Shown: positions 1-9,422 of the stretch, piece by piece
Layout of the letters: every line of letters starts with the position of its first letter
Numbering within the stretch: position 1 is the first letter of the stretch
Assembly: GCA_965204575.1 (NCBI GenBank)
Contig: OZ241993.1
Span: 704,001-768,000, forward strand
DNA: 64,000 bases
Reading direction: 5' to 3'
Origin: an uncultured candidatus Porisulfidus sp.
Lineage (GTDB): Bacteria > Pseudomonadota > Gammaproteobacteria > Poriferisulfidales > Poriferisulfidaceae
Program-made: the position numbers and the translations under genes
The notes under the pieces: generated by a model
Database searches by the model: none
What the model was told of the DNA's origin: nothing
Seen by the model: the letters and a program-made list of their open reading frames with translations, nothing else

Positions 1-239
1 GTCAGTCGAGGTGTGCAGGGTTAAGTTGGCAGATCTGCACGATCACTTGTCCGAGCGTTCCGGATATATTCTGCCTGACAGCCTCCGGAAAAGATACGAG
101 ACGGCGGCTGAGACCTTGGAGGCAAGGCTATCAAGCGGTTGATTGCAAACGGTCTGTACAGGAGAAAGCCCGTACCCGGGAAGACTGAGTGTACGACTAA
201 AATCCAGACTGAATCGTCTCGGTTTTTTCGCCTTTGAAG

Positions 240-1970
240 ATGTCCGGCTCTATCCGTTGGTATCAAGAAAATTCGGGGCATGCCGCGAAACGGTACGAAA
301 TGGCTGCTGCGGGAGACATTCATGGTTGGCTGACAAGGTTTTTGCCGGAAAGTCCCGCGCGGGTTCTGGATATCGGCGCGGGTAGCGGACGGGATGCAGC
401 CTGGTTGGCCGGACTGGGTCACCGAGTGGTGGCGGTGGAGCCTTCTTCGGCGATGCGGAAGGAAGCAAGGAGGCGACACCCCGAGCCGAAGATTCGATGG
501 ATGAACGACCGCCTGCCTAGTCTGGGCCAGGTTTCCCGACAGGAGCCATTCGACCTGATTTTGCTCAGCGCAGTGTGGATGCATGTGGCGGAATCCGACC
601 GCAAGCGGGCATTCCGGAAAGTTATCAACCTCCTCAAGCCGGGCGGGACTCTCGCCATTACGCTGCGTCACGGCCCTCCGGACCTAGAACGAGGGATCCA
701 TGCTATATCCGAGGAGGAACTGAAAGACTTGGCCCGCGACCATGGAGCCTTCGTGGCGTACCGGGGCGAGAGCGGAGATTGCCTAGGACGGAAAGGTATC
801 CGCTGGATTCAAGTCGCGATCCGGTTTCCGGACGACGACACTGGTGAGCTTCCGCTTTTGCGCCACATCATTCTCCAGCAGAGCAAGAGCGCGACTCACA
901 AGCTGGGTCTGCTGCGCACGTTGTGCCGGATCGCGGACGGTGCGCCGGGTAGCGCCCGAGCCAATAACGACGGCAGCGTCAGCATCCCGATGGGCTTAGT
1001 GGCTCTGACTTGGCTTCGGCTGTACAAGCCGCTGCTGAACAAGAGACTTCCTCAGCGCCCATTCGGTGGTCGGAAACCTCCGGGCCTAGGCTTCGTGAAG
1101 GCTGCCTACCGGGAGATCGAGTCGCTGTCGCACCTCGACCTGCGGATGGGCATGCGTTTTGGCGGGAGACAGGGGTCCGTCCTGCATCAGGCGATCCGAG
1201 ATGCAGCGAACAACATCAGGGACATGCCGATCAAGCACATGACCTATCCGGGCGGGGAGCAGAAACCGATACTTCGGGTTTCCCCCGGCGCACGAACGCG
1301 CAGGACGGGCGAGGTCCTGCTCGACGAAGACTACCTGTTCGGTTTTGGTGAGGTCCGAGTTCCGGAAGCCCTGTGGCAGGCCCTGCGCAAGCATGCGTTG
1401 TGGGTGGAGCCGGTAGTAATCTCGGAGTGGACCGAAATGATGCGGGTATATACACGAAGGCAGGAAAAGGCGGTCGACGAGAGCGAACTCAGGGACGCCA
1501 TGGTCTGGGCAGACCCGGAGCGGGACGTGCGGGATTCCCGCGAGCGGGCGAAACGCCTCCTTGAGAATCGGGAACTGTACTGCGTCTGGAGCGGAAAGCG
1601 CCTCAGAACGGCATGGGACATTGACCACTGCCTGCCGTGGTCGGTATGGTCGTGCGGCGACCTGTGGAACCTGATGCCGGCGAATCGCGACGTAAACCAG
1701 AACAAGAAGAAAGACCTCCTGCCCAGCGAACCCGTCATGGACGAGGCCCACGACCGAATCCTGGACTGGTGGGATCGCGCCTATTTCCGGGACGATTCCC
1801 CCATGAAAGAAAGATTCTTAGTGCAGGCGGTCTCAAGCCTTCCGGGCATCCGGCGGGAAGAACGTTCTCTCGATCTTGAGGAGATCTTCGAATCGGTCTG
1901 CCTGCAGCGGGCGAAGCTCAGACGTGACCAGCGGGCGCCGGAATGGGTTGGATTGATTGAAGACATTTAA
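240..1970 (+). CDS. Class I SAM-dependent methyltransferase fused to a C-terminal HNH endonuclease domain
   Basis: SAM-binding motif VLDIGAGSGRDAAWLA, then FDLILLSAVWMH and LKPGG. The C-terminus has an HNH-type segment CVWSG...DIDHCLPW...NLMPANRDVNQNKK. ATG at 240 chosen over TTG at 234. Confidence 0.85.
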   Translation: MSGSIRWYQENSGHAAKRYEMAAAGDIHGWLTRFLPESPARVLDIGAGSGRDAAWLAGLGHRVVAVEPSSAMRKEARRRHPEPKIRWMNDRLPSLGQVSRQEPFDLILLSAVWMHVAESDRKRAFRKVINLLKPGGTLAITLRHGPPDLERGIHAISEEELKDLARDHGAFVAYRGESGDCLGRKGIRWIQVAIRFPDDDTGELPLLRHIILQQSKSATHKLGLLRTLCRIADGAPGSARANNDGSVSIPMGLVALTWLRLYKPLLNKRLPQRPFGGRKPPGLGFVKAAYREIESLSHLDLRMGMRFGGRQGSVLHQAIRDAANNIRDMPIKHMTYPGGEQKPILRVSPGARTRRTGEVLLDEDYLFGFGEVRVPEALWQALRKHALWVEPVVISEWTEMMRVYTRRQEKAVDESELRDAMVWADPERDVRDSRERAKRLLENRELYCVWSGKRLRTAWDIDHCLPWSVWSCGDLWNLMPANRDVNQNKKKDLLPSEPVMDEAHDRILDWWDRAYFRDDSPMKERFLVQAVSSLPGIRREERSLDLEEIFESVCLQRAKLRRDQRAPEWVGLIEDI

Positions 1971-2326
1971 ACAACGCCCCCCTCCCGATAGGGTTTTCCA
2001 TGCAAGGTTCGTTTGCCTGGTAAATTCCACAGGCTTTTGAAGGGTGGCGGCTAGCAGGCCGACAGGCCGGAATTCCAGCATTATGGCGGCTCAATGGATG
2101 TTTTTAGCGGTAGTGATTTCTGCAGTGCGGTGGATTGCTGCTTTCCGGACAAAGGAGCCAGACAAATTCGTGCGATAATTCTTTGCCCAGAAACAATAAA
2201 ATTGAAATATTGTTAATCAGGTTCCCGGCAATATGAAAATTTATATTATTTATCAATATTTTGCGGAGATCTCGATTTGCATCTAAATCTAAATTCGGGC
2301 TGTGAACAATATTTAGAAATCATGTG

Positions 2327-3451
2327 ATGCGTTCATACCAAAGTTTGATTGACCGGCCTAACTCCGCGCCTCTAGAATGGCAGGAGTCTTGCACACATAG
2401 CGAGTCGACGTTACACCAACTTTCACCATATATTGGGAAATTGAAAAGTTCCATCGCTCGTGACCTAGTTTCAGAGTATTCGAGAAGAGGAGAAATAGTT
2501 GCAGATGTTTTTTGCGGCAGTGGCACAATTCCGCTTGAATGTGTTCAGATGGGACGGCGAATCTTTGCGTCAGATGCTAGCCCTTATGCGATAACTCTTA
2601 CTAGAGGAAAACTGAATGCTCCTTGTGATCTCGAAGAGGCAAATAAAGCGTTGGATAAAGCGCTAAAAGCCGCACAATCATGCCAAATAGATCTTCGCCG
2701 GGTTCCAGGTTGGGTGCGTAGTTTCTATCACCCTAAAACACTCAAAGAGATTTTAGGGTTACTCACAGTACTGCATAAGCGCAAAGATTATTTTCTCCTG
2801 TCTTGTTTGCTGGGCATTTTGCACCATCAACGCCCAGGATTCCTGTCTTTTCCGAGCAGCCACCTTGTTCCCTATCTTCGCTCAAAAAAATTTCCGCAAG
2901 ACGATCATCCTGAGATGTATGAGTATCGAAGTGTCCAACCGCGTATTAAAGCGAAAGTTGCACGAGCTCTTAAACGACGCAAAAAAATAGATACTAGTCT
3001 AGTCGTTGGAATTCGCCGATCGACAATTGAATTTTTGACCTCGCCTCGTACGGTAGATTGCTTTATTACAAGTCCGCCCTACATGAATGCGCTTGATTAT
3101 GGGCGTGACAACCGCCTGCGAAATTGGTTTTTATCGGGAAGCACCCAGGAACACATTGATACGCGATTGGCTAGCGATGCAGATTTTCGTCGCATGATGT
3201 CGTCCTATGCGCGAATACTTACAAAGACCTTAGTTAAAGGTGGACGGTGTGTGTTTGTGGTGGGTGAAAGGGCAAAACGGAATGGGAAACGATCCCCATC
3301 AGAAGCGCTCTCAGAAGTTCTAGAGAAATTTGCACCAAATTTAAGAATTAAGGAAATCATTAATGATCAAATCCCTGATATTCGTCGCTCGCGGCGTAAT
3401 TTTTCTGGCGTGAAAATGGAGCATATCCTCGTTTACGAACGTCATTGCTAG
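2327..3451 (+). CDS. Site-specific DNA amino-methyltransferase (N4-C/N6-A, alpha-type motif order)
   Basis: Motif I DVFCGSGT near the N-terminus and catalytic motif IV TSPPY in the C-terminal half. First gene of an AT-rich islet. Confidence 0.85.
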   Translation: MRSYQSLIDRPNSAPLEWQESCTHSESTLHQLSPYIGKLKSSIARDLVSEYSRRGEIVADVFCGSGTIPLECVQMGRRIFASDASPYAITLTRGKLNAPCDLEEANKALDKALKAAQSCQIDLRRVPGWVRSFYHPKTLKEILGLLTVLHKRKDYFLLSCLLGILHHQRPGFLSFPSSHLVPYLRSKKFPQDDHPEMYEYRSVQPRIKAKVARALKRRKKIDTSLVVGIRRSTIEFLTSPRTVDCFITSPPYMNALDYGRDNRLRNWFLSGSTQEHIDTRLASDADFRRMMSSYARILTKTLVKGGRCVFVVGERAKRNGKRSPSEALSEVLEKFAPNLRIKEIINDQIPDIRRSRRNFSGVKMEHILVYERHC

Positions 3452-3452
3452 C

Positions 3453-5942
3453 ATGCGCAAATACATGCCTGATTCTCAGCACTTTTTAGGCCAAGTTTTG
3501 CCTGAATTCCCAGATCATGAAATTGTCGATCTGATTGGTTCTGGTTTCAATGGGCATGTATATCGAGCACATGCACCAAATATCAAAGGTGATTTAGCTT
3601 TCAAATTCGTGCCAACAGAAAACCTTCCCTCGGATCCCGAACAGCGTAATACTTACTTGACCGAGGCTAGAAAGGCTAATCTATTGGAAAATGAAAATGT
3701 TGTTCGGTGCATAAGTGTGCTTCCGTGGGAGGACAAAGCCTTAAATAGGACTTTTGTTGTGTTTATCCTTCCTTATGTGCCGGGCAAGTCGCTAGCAGAG
3801 TACATAAAGAACAACCGAAAAAACATCAGTATTGCATTTGTTGAAAACTTCCTTCTAACAATGTTCAACTTGCTTCACGAGCTTGGTCTGCGCAACATGG
3901 AACACAATGACCTGCATTCTGGGAATGTGCTTGTTTCTCAATCTCAATATGATCTGAGTGGCAAAACGACATTTCGAATCACGGATTTTGGTGTTGCAGA
4001 GGTGACAGAGACTCACCATCCTAACGACTATTTGTCCGTCGCGAGGATGCTAAAAGACCTACTAGGGAACATTGACTACCAAGAGCAACAATCACGTGAT
4101 CGTTATGTATATGAAATATTGCGAACTGACTTCTTAGGACGACACCTGATTGAAACGGACCCATTGGCTGATTCATTAGCGAGGAATGCGAGGGGACTAG
4201 CTGAAAAGCTAAACTCCATAGATGATGATTTTCGTGAAGCTAATAGAGAGCATACAGTCACTCAAATGGAAACACCATTTGACTATCCGAATTGTGAACA
4301 GATGGGCAATTCTCATCTACTACTAAAAAATTTGTATTCGGACCAATTGCTAGGGCTAGATAAGATTCGCGAGCGATCAAATCTCGTACTTACCGGACCA
4401 CGAGGCTGTGGCAAAACGACGGTTTTTCGAGCGTTGAGTTTAGACTATAAAACCTCTACGGATGAAGACCATCCTTCTGAAATCCAGTTCATAGGTGTTT
4501 ATTATCGTTGTGACGACTTGTATTTTTCATTTCCACGCTACGAATTGCCAGCAAGACAAGAAGCTATTGACATCCCGATGCATTTTGTCGTTGCCACCCT
4601 TATGGCAGAGACTTTACAGCATTTGAGCAGTTGGGGGAGGAAGTTTTTTGCAGAAGAATTTCAACAAAAAGAGCCAATTGCGGCTAAAAAATTGTGGGGA
4701 ATAATTGGACTTAACCAACCCATGGACCCATCCGCCGGACAGTTTGCGTTATTGGTTAATAGCCTTATAAAGCAACGGAAGCGTGCAGCCAACAAACAAC
4801 GTGTTTGTCATGACCCCTCTCATCCAATCAAAAACTACGTGGGGCCAGAGGCGCTATTTAAATTCTGTTCGGCACTCAGATCCACATTTTCCTTTTTAAG
4901 CGATCGTCCTTTTTTCTACTTTATTGACGACTATTCGATGCCGAAGATTACATCAAACTTGCAACAAAATTTAAACAGACTATTTATGCATCGAGATGCT
5001 GACGTGTTTTTCAAACTGTCTACAGAAAGCCCCGTTTCATTCGAACGAGGCGATATAGACGAAAAACAGTATGTAGAAGAGCGTGAATACGATCTGCTGA
5101 ATTTGGGATTGCGCTATCTTGCAAGTGATGGAAAACAAGTACAGACATTTCTTACTGATCTCTTTCAGCGCCGTTTTCACGCTGCTAGAAATTTTCCATG
5201 CGATTCGCTTGCTGAATTGCTTGGGGATAACCCTAGAAATGAAAATGATAATGCAAGAAAAATCAGAGAGAAAAAAAGGCATAACACATACTGGGGAGTT
5301 CAGACAGTCACCGCGATGTGTAGCGGCGACATTCATTACATGATTCGACTTGTCGGAAAGATGGTCGAAGATGCAGGCGATCTTGATTCGCGCAAAGAAA
5401 TCCCTCGTATACTATCGGACCGACAGTCTGAAACAATTCGAAAAGCAGCAGGTGAGTTTATGGAGTCTGTCCGAAACTTGCCGCGTCATGGAGAAAAACT
5501 AGCGCGAATAATTACTGCACTGGGAAAAGTAGCTAGTTCGTATTTACGTTATCGCAATGCACGTAATGTGACAGGGAGCCCGCCGCATCAAGCGTCGAGA
5601 ATTGAACCATATGGCCCTTTAAAGTTATCGGATGATGCCCAAAACCTATTGAACGACTTAATCCGATTTTCTATCCTAATGATGGATCCTCGTGGAAAGA
5701 GTCGCCGTGGAGACGTTGTTCCCCGACTGTATCTCAGACGTTATCTATTGCCACATTTCAATCTCACATTCAGTAAGAGAGATTCCCTTCAACTAGAAAA
5801 TACTGAGATCGAATTGCTCCTAACTGACCCAGATCTTTTTGAAAGACGAAAATGTATTAGAAGTGCTCGTGATTCAAAGGCAAAAGAGCAACAAAGCCGA
5901 AGTCAGGAAAATTTATTTGATGAGAATAGTAATGGAACGTGA
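3453..5942 (+). CDS. Ser/Thr-type protein kinase domain fused to an ORC/CDC6-like (STAND/AAA+) P-loop ATPase with a probable C-terminal winged helix
   Basis: Kinase motifs IGSGFNGHVY, AFKF, helix-C Glu (TEA), HNDLHSGN and DFG. Walker A LTGPRGCGKTT and Walker B FFYFIDDY. Starts 1 nt after the methyltransferase stop. Confidence 0.85.
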   Translation: MRKYMPDSQHFLGQVLPEFPDHEIVDLIGSGFNGHVYRAHAPNIKGDLAFKFVPTENLPSDPEQRNTYLTEARKANLLENENVVRCISVLPWEDKALNRTFVVFILPYVPGKSLAEYIKNNRKNISIAFVENFLLTMFNLLHELGLRNMEHNDLHSGNVLVSQSQYDLSGKTTFRITDFGVAEVTETHHPNDYLSVARMLKDLLGNIDYQEQQSRDRYVYEILRTDFLGRHLIETDPLADSLARNARGLAEKLNSIDDDFREANREHTVTQMETPFDYPNCEQMGNSHLLLKNLYSDQLLGLDKIRERSNLVLTGPRGCGKTTVFRALSLDYKTSTDEDHPSEIQFIGVYYRCDDLYFSFPRYELPARQEAIDIPMHFVVATLMAETLQHLSSWGRKFFAEEFQQKEPIAAKKLWGIIGLNQPMDPSAGQFALLVNSLIKQRKRAANKQRVCHDPSHPIKNYVGPEALFKFCSALRSTFSFLSDRPFFYFIDDYSMPKITSNLQQNLNRLFMHRDADVFFKLSTESPVSFERGDIDEKQYVEEREYDLLNLGLRYLASDGKQVQTFLTDLFQRRFHAARNFPCDSLAELLGDNPRNENDNARKIREKKRHNTYWGVQTVTAMCSGDIHYMIRLVGKMVEDAGDLDSRKEIPRILSDRQSETIRKAAGEFMESVRNLPRHGEKLARIITALGKVASSYLRYRNARNVTGSPPHQASRIEPYGPLKLSDDAQNLLNDLIRFSILMMDPRGKSRRGDVVPRLYLRRYLLPHFNLTFSKRDSLQLENTEIELLLTDPDLFERRKCIRSARDSKAKEQQSRSQENLFDENSNGT

Positions 5943-6996
5943 GGCCATGCTAGAAAAATTGCTCAGACCTGATGAGCAGTTGTCCGCAATTGATTGGCCC
6001 GAACTGATGCCTATCGATAACTTTTCTCTTGGTCCTACAGACTGCCTTGTCGTTGGGATGGGTTTCGAAGAAAGAGCATTGGCTGCACTGAAACAGGCAT
6101 GCCAAACATCAAAAGATTTTCACGTTGTATTAATCCGCTATTTGCCTGAAATCCGGCAAAACAAAGAGGCAGAATGTCTGGATCTTTGTAGAGCTAGTAA
6201 CCTTAATGTCACTCAATTTGAGTATAACCGTGAGCAGCCTTCGGGTATGGGTGTGTCTCTAGCAGATTACGTGTCGAGTTTCGAGCGAATTTTCTTGGAC
6301 ATTTCGGGGATGTCACGCCTGTTGATCGTTCAAGCTATTGTGGCTCTGATTGAGAGTGGTAGAAAATTTCATATCTTGTATACGGAAGCGCAAGTTTATC
6401 CACCGCTCCGAGAAGAGTACGAAAAAGAGCGCGAAAAGGCGAGTGTGGCAGACAACGCGAGCCTTTCATTTATTTCTAGTGGAATTTTTGAGATTGTTTC
6501 AACTCCAGAATTGAGCTCAGCTTTCATGCTAGGAGGGGCTATCCGTCTTATTTCATTTCCATCATTTGATCCTAGCCAATTATCAAATCTTGTCCAAGAG
6601 GTTCAACCCACTCACAACGATGTTGTCCATGGAACGCCTCCGCACGAAGAGATGGTTTGGCGCACAAATGCGATTAGTCAATTGAACGGGTCAACAATGA
6701 AAGCATTGCAACGTGCAGAAAGTCATAAAGCCAGCACTTTAGATTATCGAGAGACGCTCAATCTAATCTTAGACTTGTATCATCGGCACTCGATGTTTGA
6801 TCGTTTCGTGATTGCGCCGACTGGCAGCAAAATGCAGGCTATCGCTATTGGCATTTTACGTGGAGTGCTAGCAGATATCCAGATCGTTTATCCAACACCT
6901 TTACAATTTGTCGAGCCGGATCGCTATACTGAAGGAGTGAAACAGATTTTTCACCTTGCCGTGGATTGTGTGGAAGTTTATCCCGTCCAAGATTAA
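5932..6996 (+). CDS. Hypothetical protein with two repeated alpha/beta units resembling CARF/DUF6293-like Rossmann domains
   Basis: Long ORF overlapping the kinase-ATPase stop (ATG 5932; alternative 5947). Paired motifs GMGFEERA / FPSFDPSQ, LDISGMSR / IAPTGSKM and ILYTEAQVY / IVYPTPLQF. The fold assignment is inference. Confidence 0.7.
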   Translation: MEREAMLEKLLRPDEQLSAIDWPELMPIDNFSLGPTDCLVVGMGFEERALAALKQACQTSKDFHVVLIRYLPEIRQNKEAECLDLCRASNLNVTQFEYNREQPSGMGVSLADYVSSFERIFLDISGMSRLLIVQAIVALIESGRKFHILYTEAQVYPPLREEYEKEREKASVADNASLSFISSGIFEIVSTPELSSAFMLGGAIRLISFPSFDPSQLSNLVQEVQPTHNDVVHGTPPHEEMVWRTNAISQLNGSTMKALQRAESHKASTLDYRETLNLILDLYHRHSMFDRFVIAPTGSKMQAIAIGILRGVLADIQIVYPTPLQFVEPDRYTEGVKQIFHLAVDCVEVYPVQD

Positions 6997-7073
6997 TATT
7001 CATATTGAAATATTTTTTTAGATGCTCTAAATCTGGGGATTACCCTAAATCTCTAGTCTTCTGATTTTGCTTT

Positions 7074-7568
7074 ATGCGCCAACTGATCCTCGTCCGCCAC
7101 GCAAAATCCGATCGCAGCGATTGGAGTGTTCCGGATGTTGAGCGCCCGCTTGCTCCAAGGGGGGAACGGGATGCCCCGGAAATGGGGCGGCGGCTGGCGG
7201 ACCGCCAGAAGGATATCGATGCTTTGTACAGTTCGCCCGCCCGCCGGGCACTCGACACTGCGGAACATTTCGCTTCGGCGCTGGGCATGGACGCGGCGGA
7301 CATCCGCTTGCGGAAAGGCTTCTACACATTTTCGCCCAACGACATGCTTCGGGAGTTGCGCGAACTGGACGATGCTGCTGACCGGGTCGTGGTTTTCAGC
7401 CACAATCCCGCGACCAGCGGAGTTGCCGCTTACTTGGCCAACGAGGTCTTGGGAGACCTTCCGACCTGCGCGGTGGTTCGGCTGGATGTAGATTGCGACT
7501 CTTGGCGGGACCTGGGCCCTGCTGTCTGCACCCTGCGCGAGGTTGACACTCCGAAAAACCCGGCTTGA
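7074..7568 (+). CDS. sixA: SixA-family histidine phosphatase
   Basis: LILVRHAKS, DVERPLAPRG, SSPARRALDT and SHNP motifs. Confidence 0.88.
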   Translation: MRQLILVRHAKSDRSDWSVPDVERPLAPRGERDAPEMGRRLADRQKDIDALYSSPARRALDTAEHFASALGMDAADIRLRKGFYTFSPNDMLRELRELDDAADRVVVFSHNPATSGVAAYLANEVLGDLPTCAVVRLDVDCDSWRDLGPAVCTLREVDTPKNPA

Positions 7569-7585
7569 CGGGTGATCCGATTTGA

Positions 7586-9367
7586 TCAGGGATTGATCCC
7601 GTCCACGTGCTGTTGCAGCCAGCATTCCAACGCTGCTGCATGCCATAGGAGGCTGCCGTCCAGCGCAGTTCGATAGCGCAGGGGATCCCGAAGCAGCCGG
7701 TCCAGATACTCTCCCCTGAACAGCCCACGATTCCGGCATTCGGGCAGATTCAAGGTTTCCCGCGCCCAGTCCAGGAAAGGCCCCTGCACGTACTTGAGGG
7801 CCGGAACCGGGAAATACCCTTTTGGCCGGTCGATCACCTCCGCCGGCAGCCGCGACCGGGCCAAGGCACGCAACGGGTACTTGCCGCCGTCGCGCAGCTT
7901 CAGTTCTGCCGGCATCCCGGCGACGCATTCCACCAATTGATGGTCGAGATACGGCACGCGCGCTTCAAGCCCCCACGCCATGGTCATGTTGTCGACCCGC
8001 TTGACCGGATCATCGGTGATCAGCATGGTCGCGTCCATGCGCAGCACGGCATTCAGGAATTCGACGTCCTCGCTGCATTCCAGCCGTTCGGCGAGCAATG
8101 CCCGGGTATGATCCTCGCCGACCCATTCCGGCACCAGCGCCTCACCGAACTCATCGTGGGTACGGTCAAGGTAATGGCGGCAGAAAGCATCCAGTCCGTC
8201 CGCCTGTTCCTCGTGCATTTTCGGGTACCAGGAATAGCCTGCGAACACTTCATCTGCGCCTTGCCCGCTCTGCACGACCGAGATGTCTGGCTTGACCTGT
8301 TCGGCCAGCAGGAAGAACGCCGCCGCGTCCTGCGCCACCATGGGTTCGCTCATGCAGCCGATGGCCTCGTCCAAGCGGCCCAGCAGTTGATCGTTGCGGA
8401 TGAAGTAACGGTGATGTTCGGTGGCATAGTGCCGGGCAACCGCATCCGAGTAGTCGAATTCATGCCCGGCTTCTCCGCCTGCGTCCTCGAAGCCGATGCT
8501 GTAAGTGCGGATGGGTGAGGAGCCATGCTCGGCCAGCAGGGCCACCAGCAGGCTGGAGTCCAGGCCGCCGGACAGAAGCACGCCGACCGGGATGTCGGAG
8601 ATCTCCACCCGCTTGCGCACGGCCTCCCGAAGTTCGACATGCACCTGCTCCACCCATTCCTCCGTGCTGCGAGCGGGATCCGGGTTGCGTGCATCCAGTT
8701 GCCAGTAACCCCTCTCTTTCATCGTGCCGTCCGCATCGACCATCAGGCAGTGGCCCGGCGCGAGCTTGCGGATGGAGCGCAGCAGGGTACGGGGTGCCGG
8801 GACGACCGCGTGCAGGCTCAGGTGATGGTGCAGGGCGACCTCGTCGAGCGCAAGATCGACGTCCCCGGTGGCAAGCAACGCCTGTACATTGGAGGCGAAG
8901 CGGAACACATCGGGGCTCTGGTGGTAATAAAGCGGCTTGATGCCCAGCCGGTCCCGGGCCAGGAACAGTTGCTCTGCATCCGGATCCCATAGGGCGAAGG
9001 CGAACATGCCGTGCAAGCGCCCGACGCAGTCTTCGCCCCACTCGGCGTAGGCTTTCAGAATGACCTCGCTGTCCCCCGTCGTCTGGAAACGGTGGCCGCG
9101 CTCTTTGAGCAGCGTTCGCAGTTGCGGGTAGTTGTAGATGCACCCGTTGAACACCAGGATTCGCCCGGAATCGGGATCCAGAAGCGGTTGATGCGCGCGG
9201 GGATTCAGGTCGATGACCGACAGGCGTCGGTGTCCCAGGGCGATCGGGCCCTGATGCCACTGGCCTTCGTGATCGGGTCCACGCCGGGCCAGGGGCCCAA
9301 GCATGCGGGTGATTCGGGCGGGGTCGGCCGGCCCTCTAAAATGCCTTTCTCCCGCAATTCCACACAC
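7586..9367 (-). CDS. AsnB-family glutamine amidotransferase, N-acetylglutaminylglutamine amidotransferase-like
   Basis: N-terminal (M)CGIAG Ntn nucleophile from GTG at 9367. Also RRGPD, GHRRLSVIDL, LLSGGLDSS, SGQGADEVFAGY and DDPVKRVDNMTMAWGLEARVP. Confidence 0.88.
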   Translation of the reverse strand: MCGIAGERHFRGPADPARITRMLGPLARRGPDHEGQWHQGPIALGHRRLSVIDLNPRAHQPLLDPDSGRILVFNGCIYNYPQLRTLLKERGHRFQTTGDSEVILKAYAEWGEDCVGRLHGMFAFALWDPDAEQLFLARDRLGIKPLYYHQSPDVFRFASNVQALLATGDVDLALDEVALHHHLSLHAVVPAPRTLLRSIRKLAPGHCLMVDADGTMKERGYWQLDARNPDPARSTEEWVEQVHVELREAVRKRVEISDIPVGVLLSGGLDSSLLVALLAEHGSSPIRTYSIGFEDAGGEAGHEFDYSDAVARHYATEHHRYFIRNDQLLGRLDEAIGCMSEPMVAQDAAAFFLLAEQVKPDISVVQSGQGADEVFAGYSWYPKMHEEQADGLDAFCRHYLDRTHDEFGEALVPEWVGEDHTRALLAERLECSEDVEFLNAVLRMDATMLITDDPVKRVDNMTMAWGLEARVPYLDHQLVECVAGMPAELKLRDGGKYPLRALARSRLPAEVIDRPKGYFPVPALKYVQGPFLDWARETLNLPECRNRGLFRGEYLDRLLRDPLRYRTALDGSLLWHAAALECWLQQHVDGINP

Positions 9368-9422
9368 AATACAAGTATAGTAAAGCCTTTTTCTGGAACT
9401 CTTTTTATATGAAGGCCGCCTG

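Noticed and set aside
21-671. 216-aa minus-strand ORF
   Set aside because: Largely antisense to the methyltransferase-HNH gene and has no recognisable motif.
7074-7568. SixA phosphatase as a fourth member of the kinase operon
   Set aside because: It has host-like GC content and lies beyond the AT-rich boundary. SixA acts on phosphohistidine, so adjacency is probably just the insertion site.
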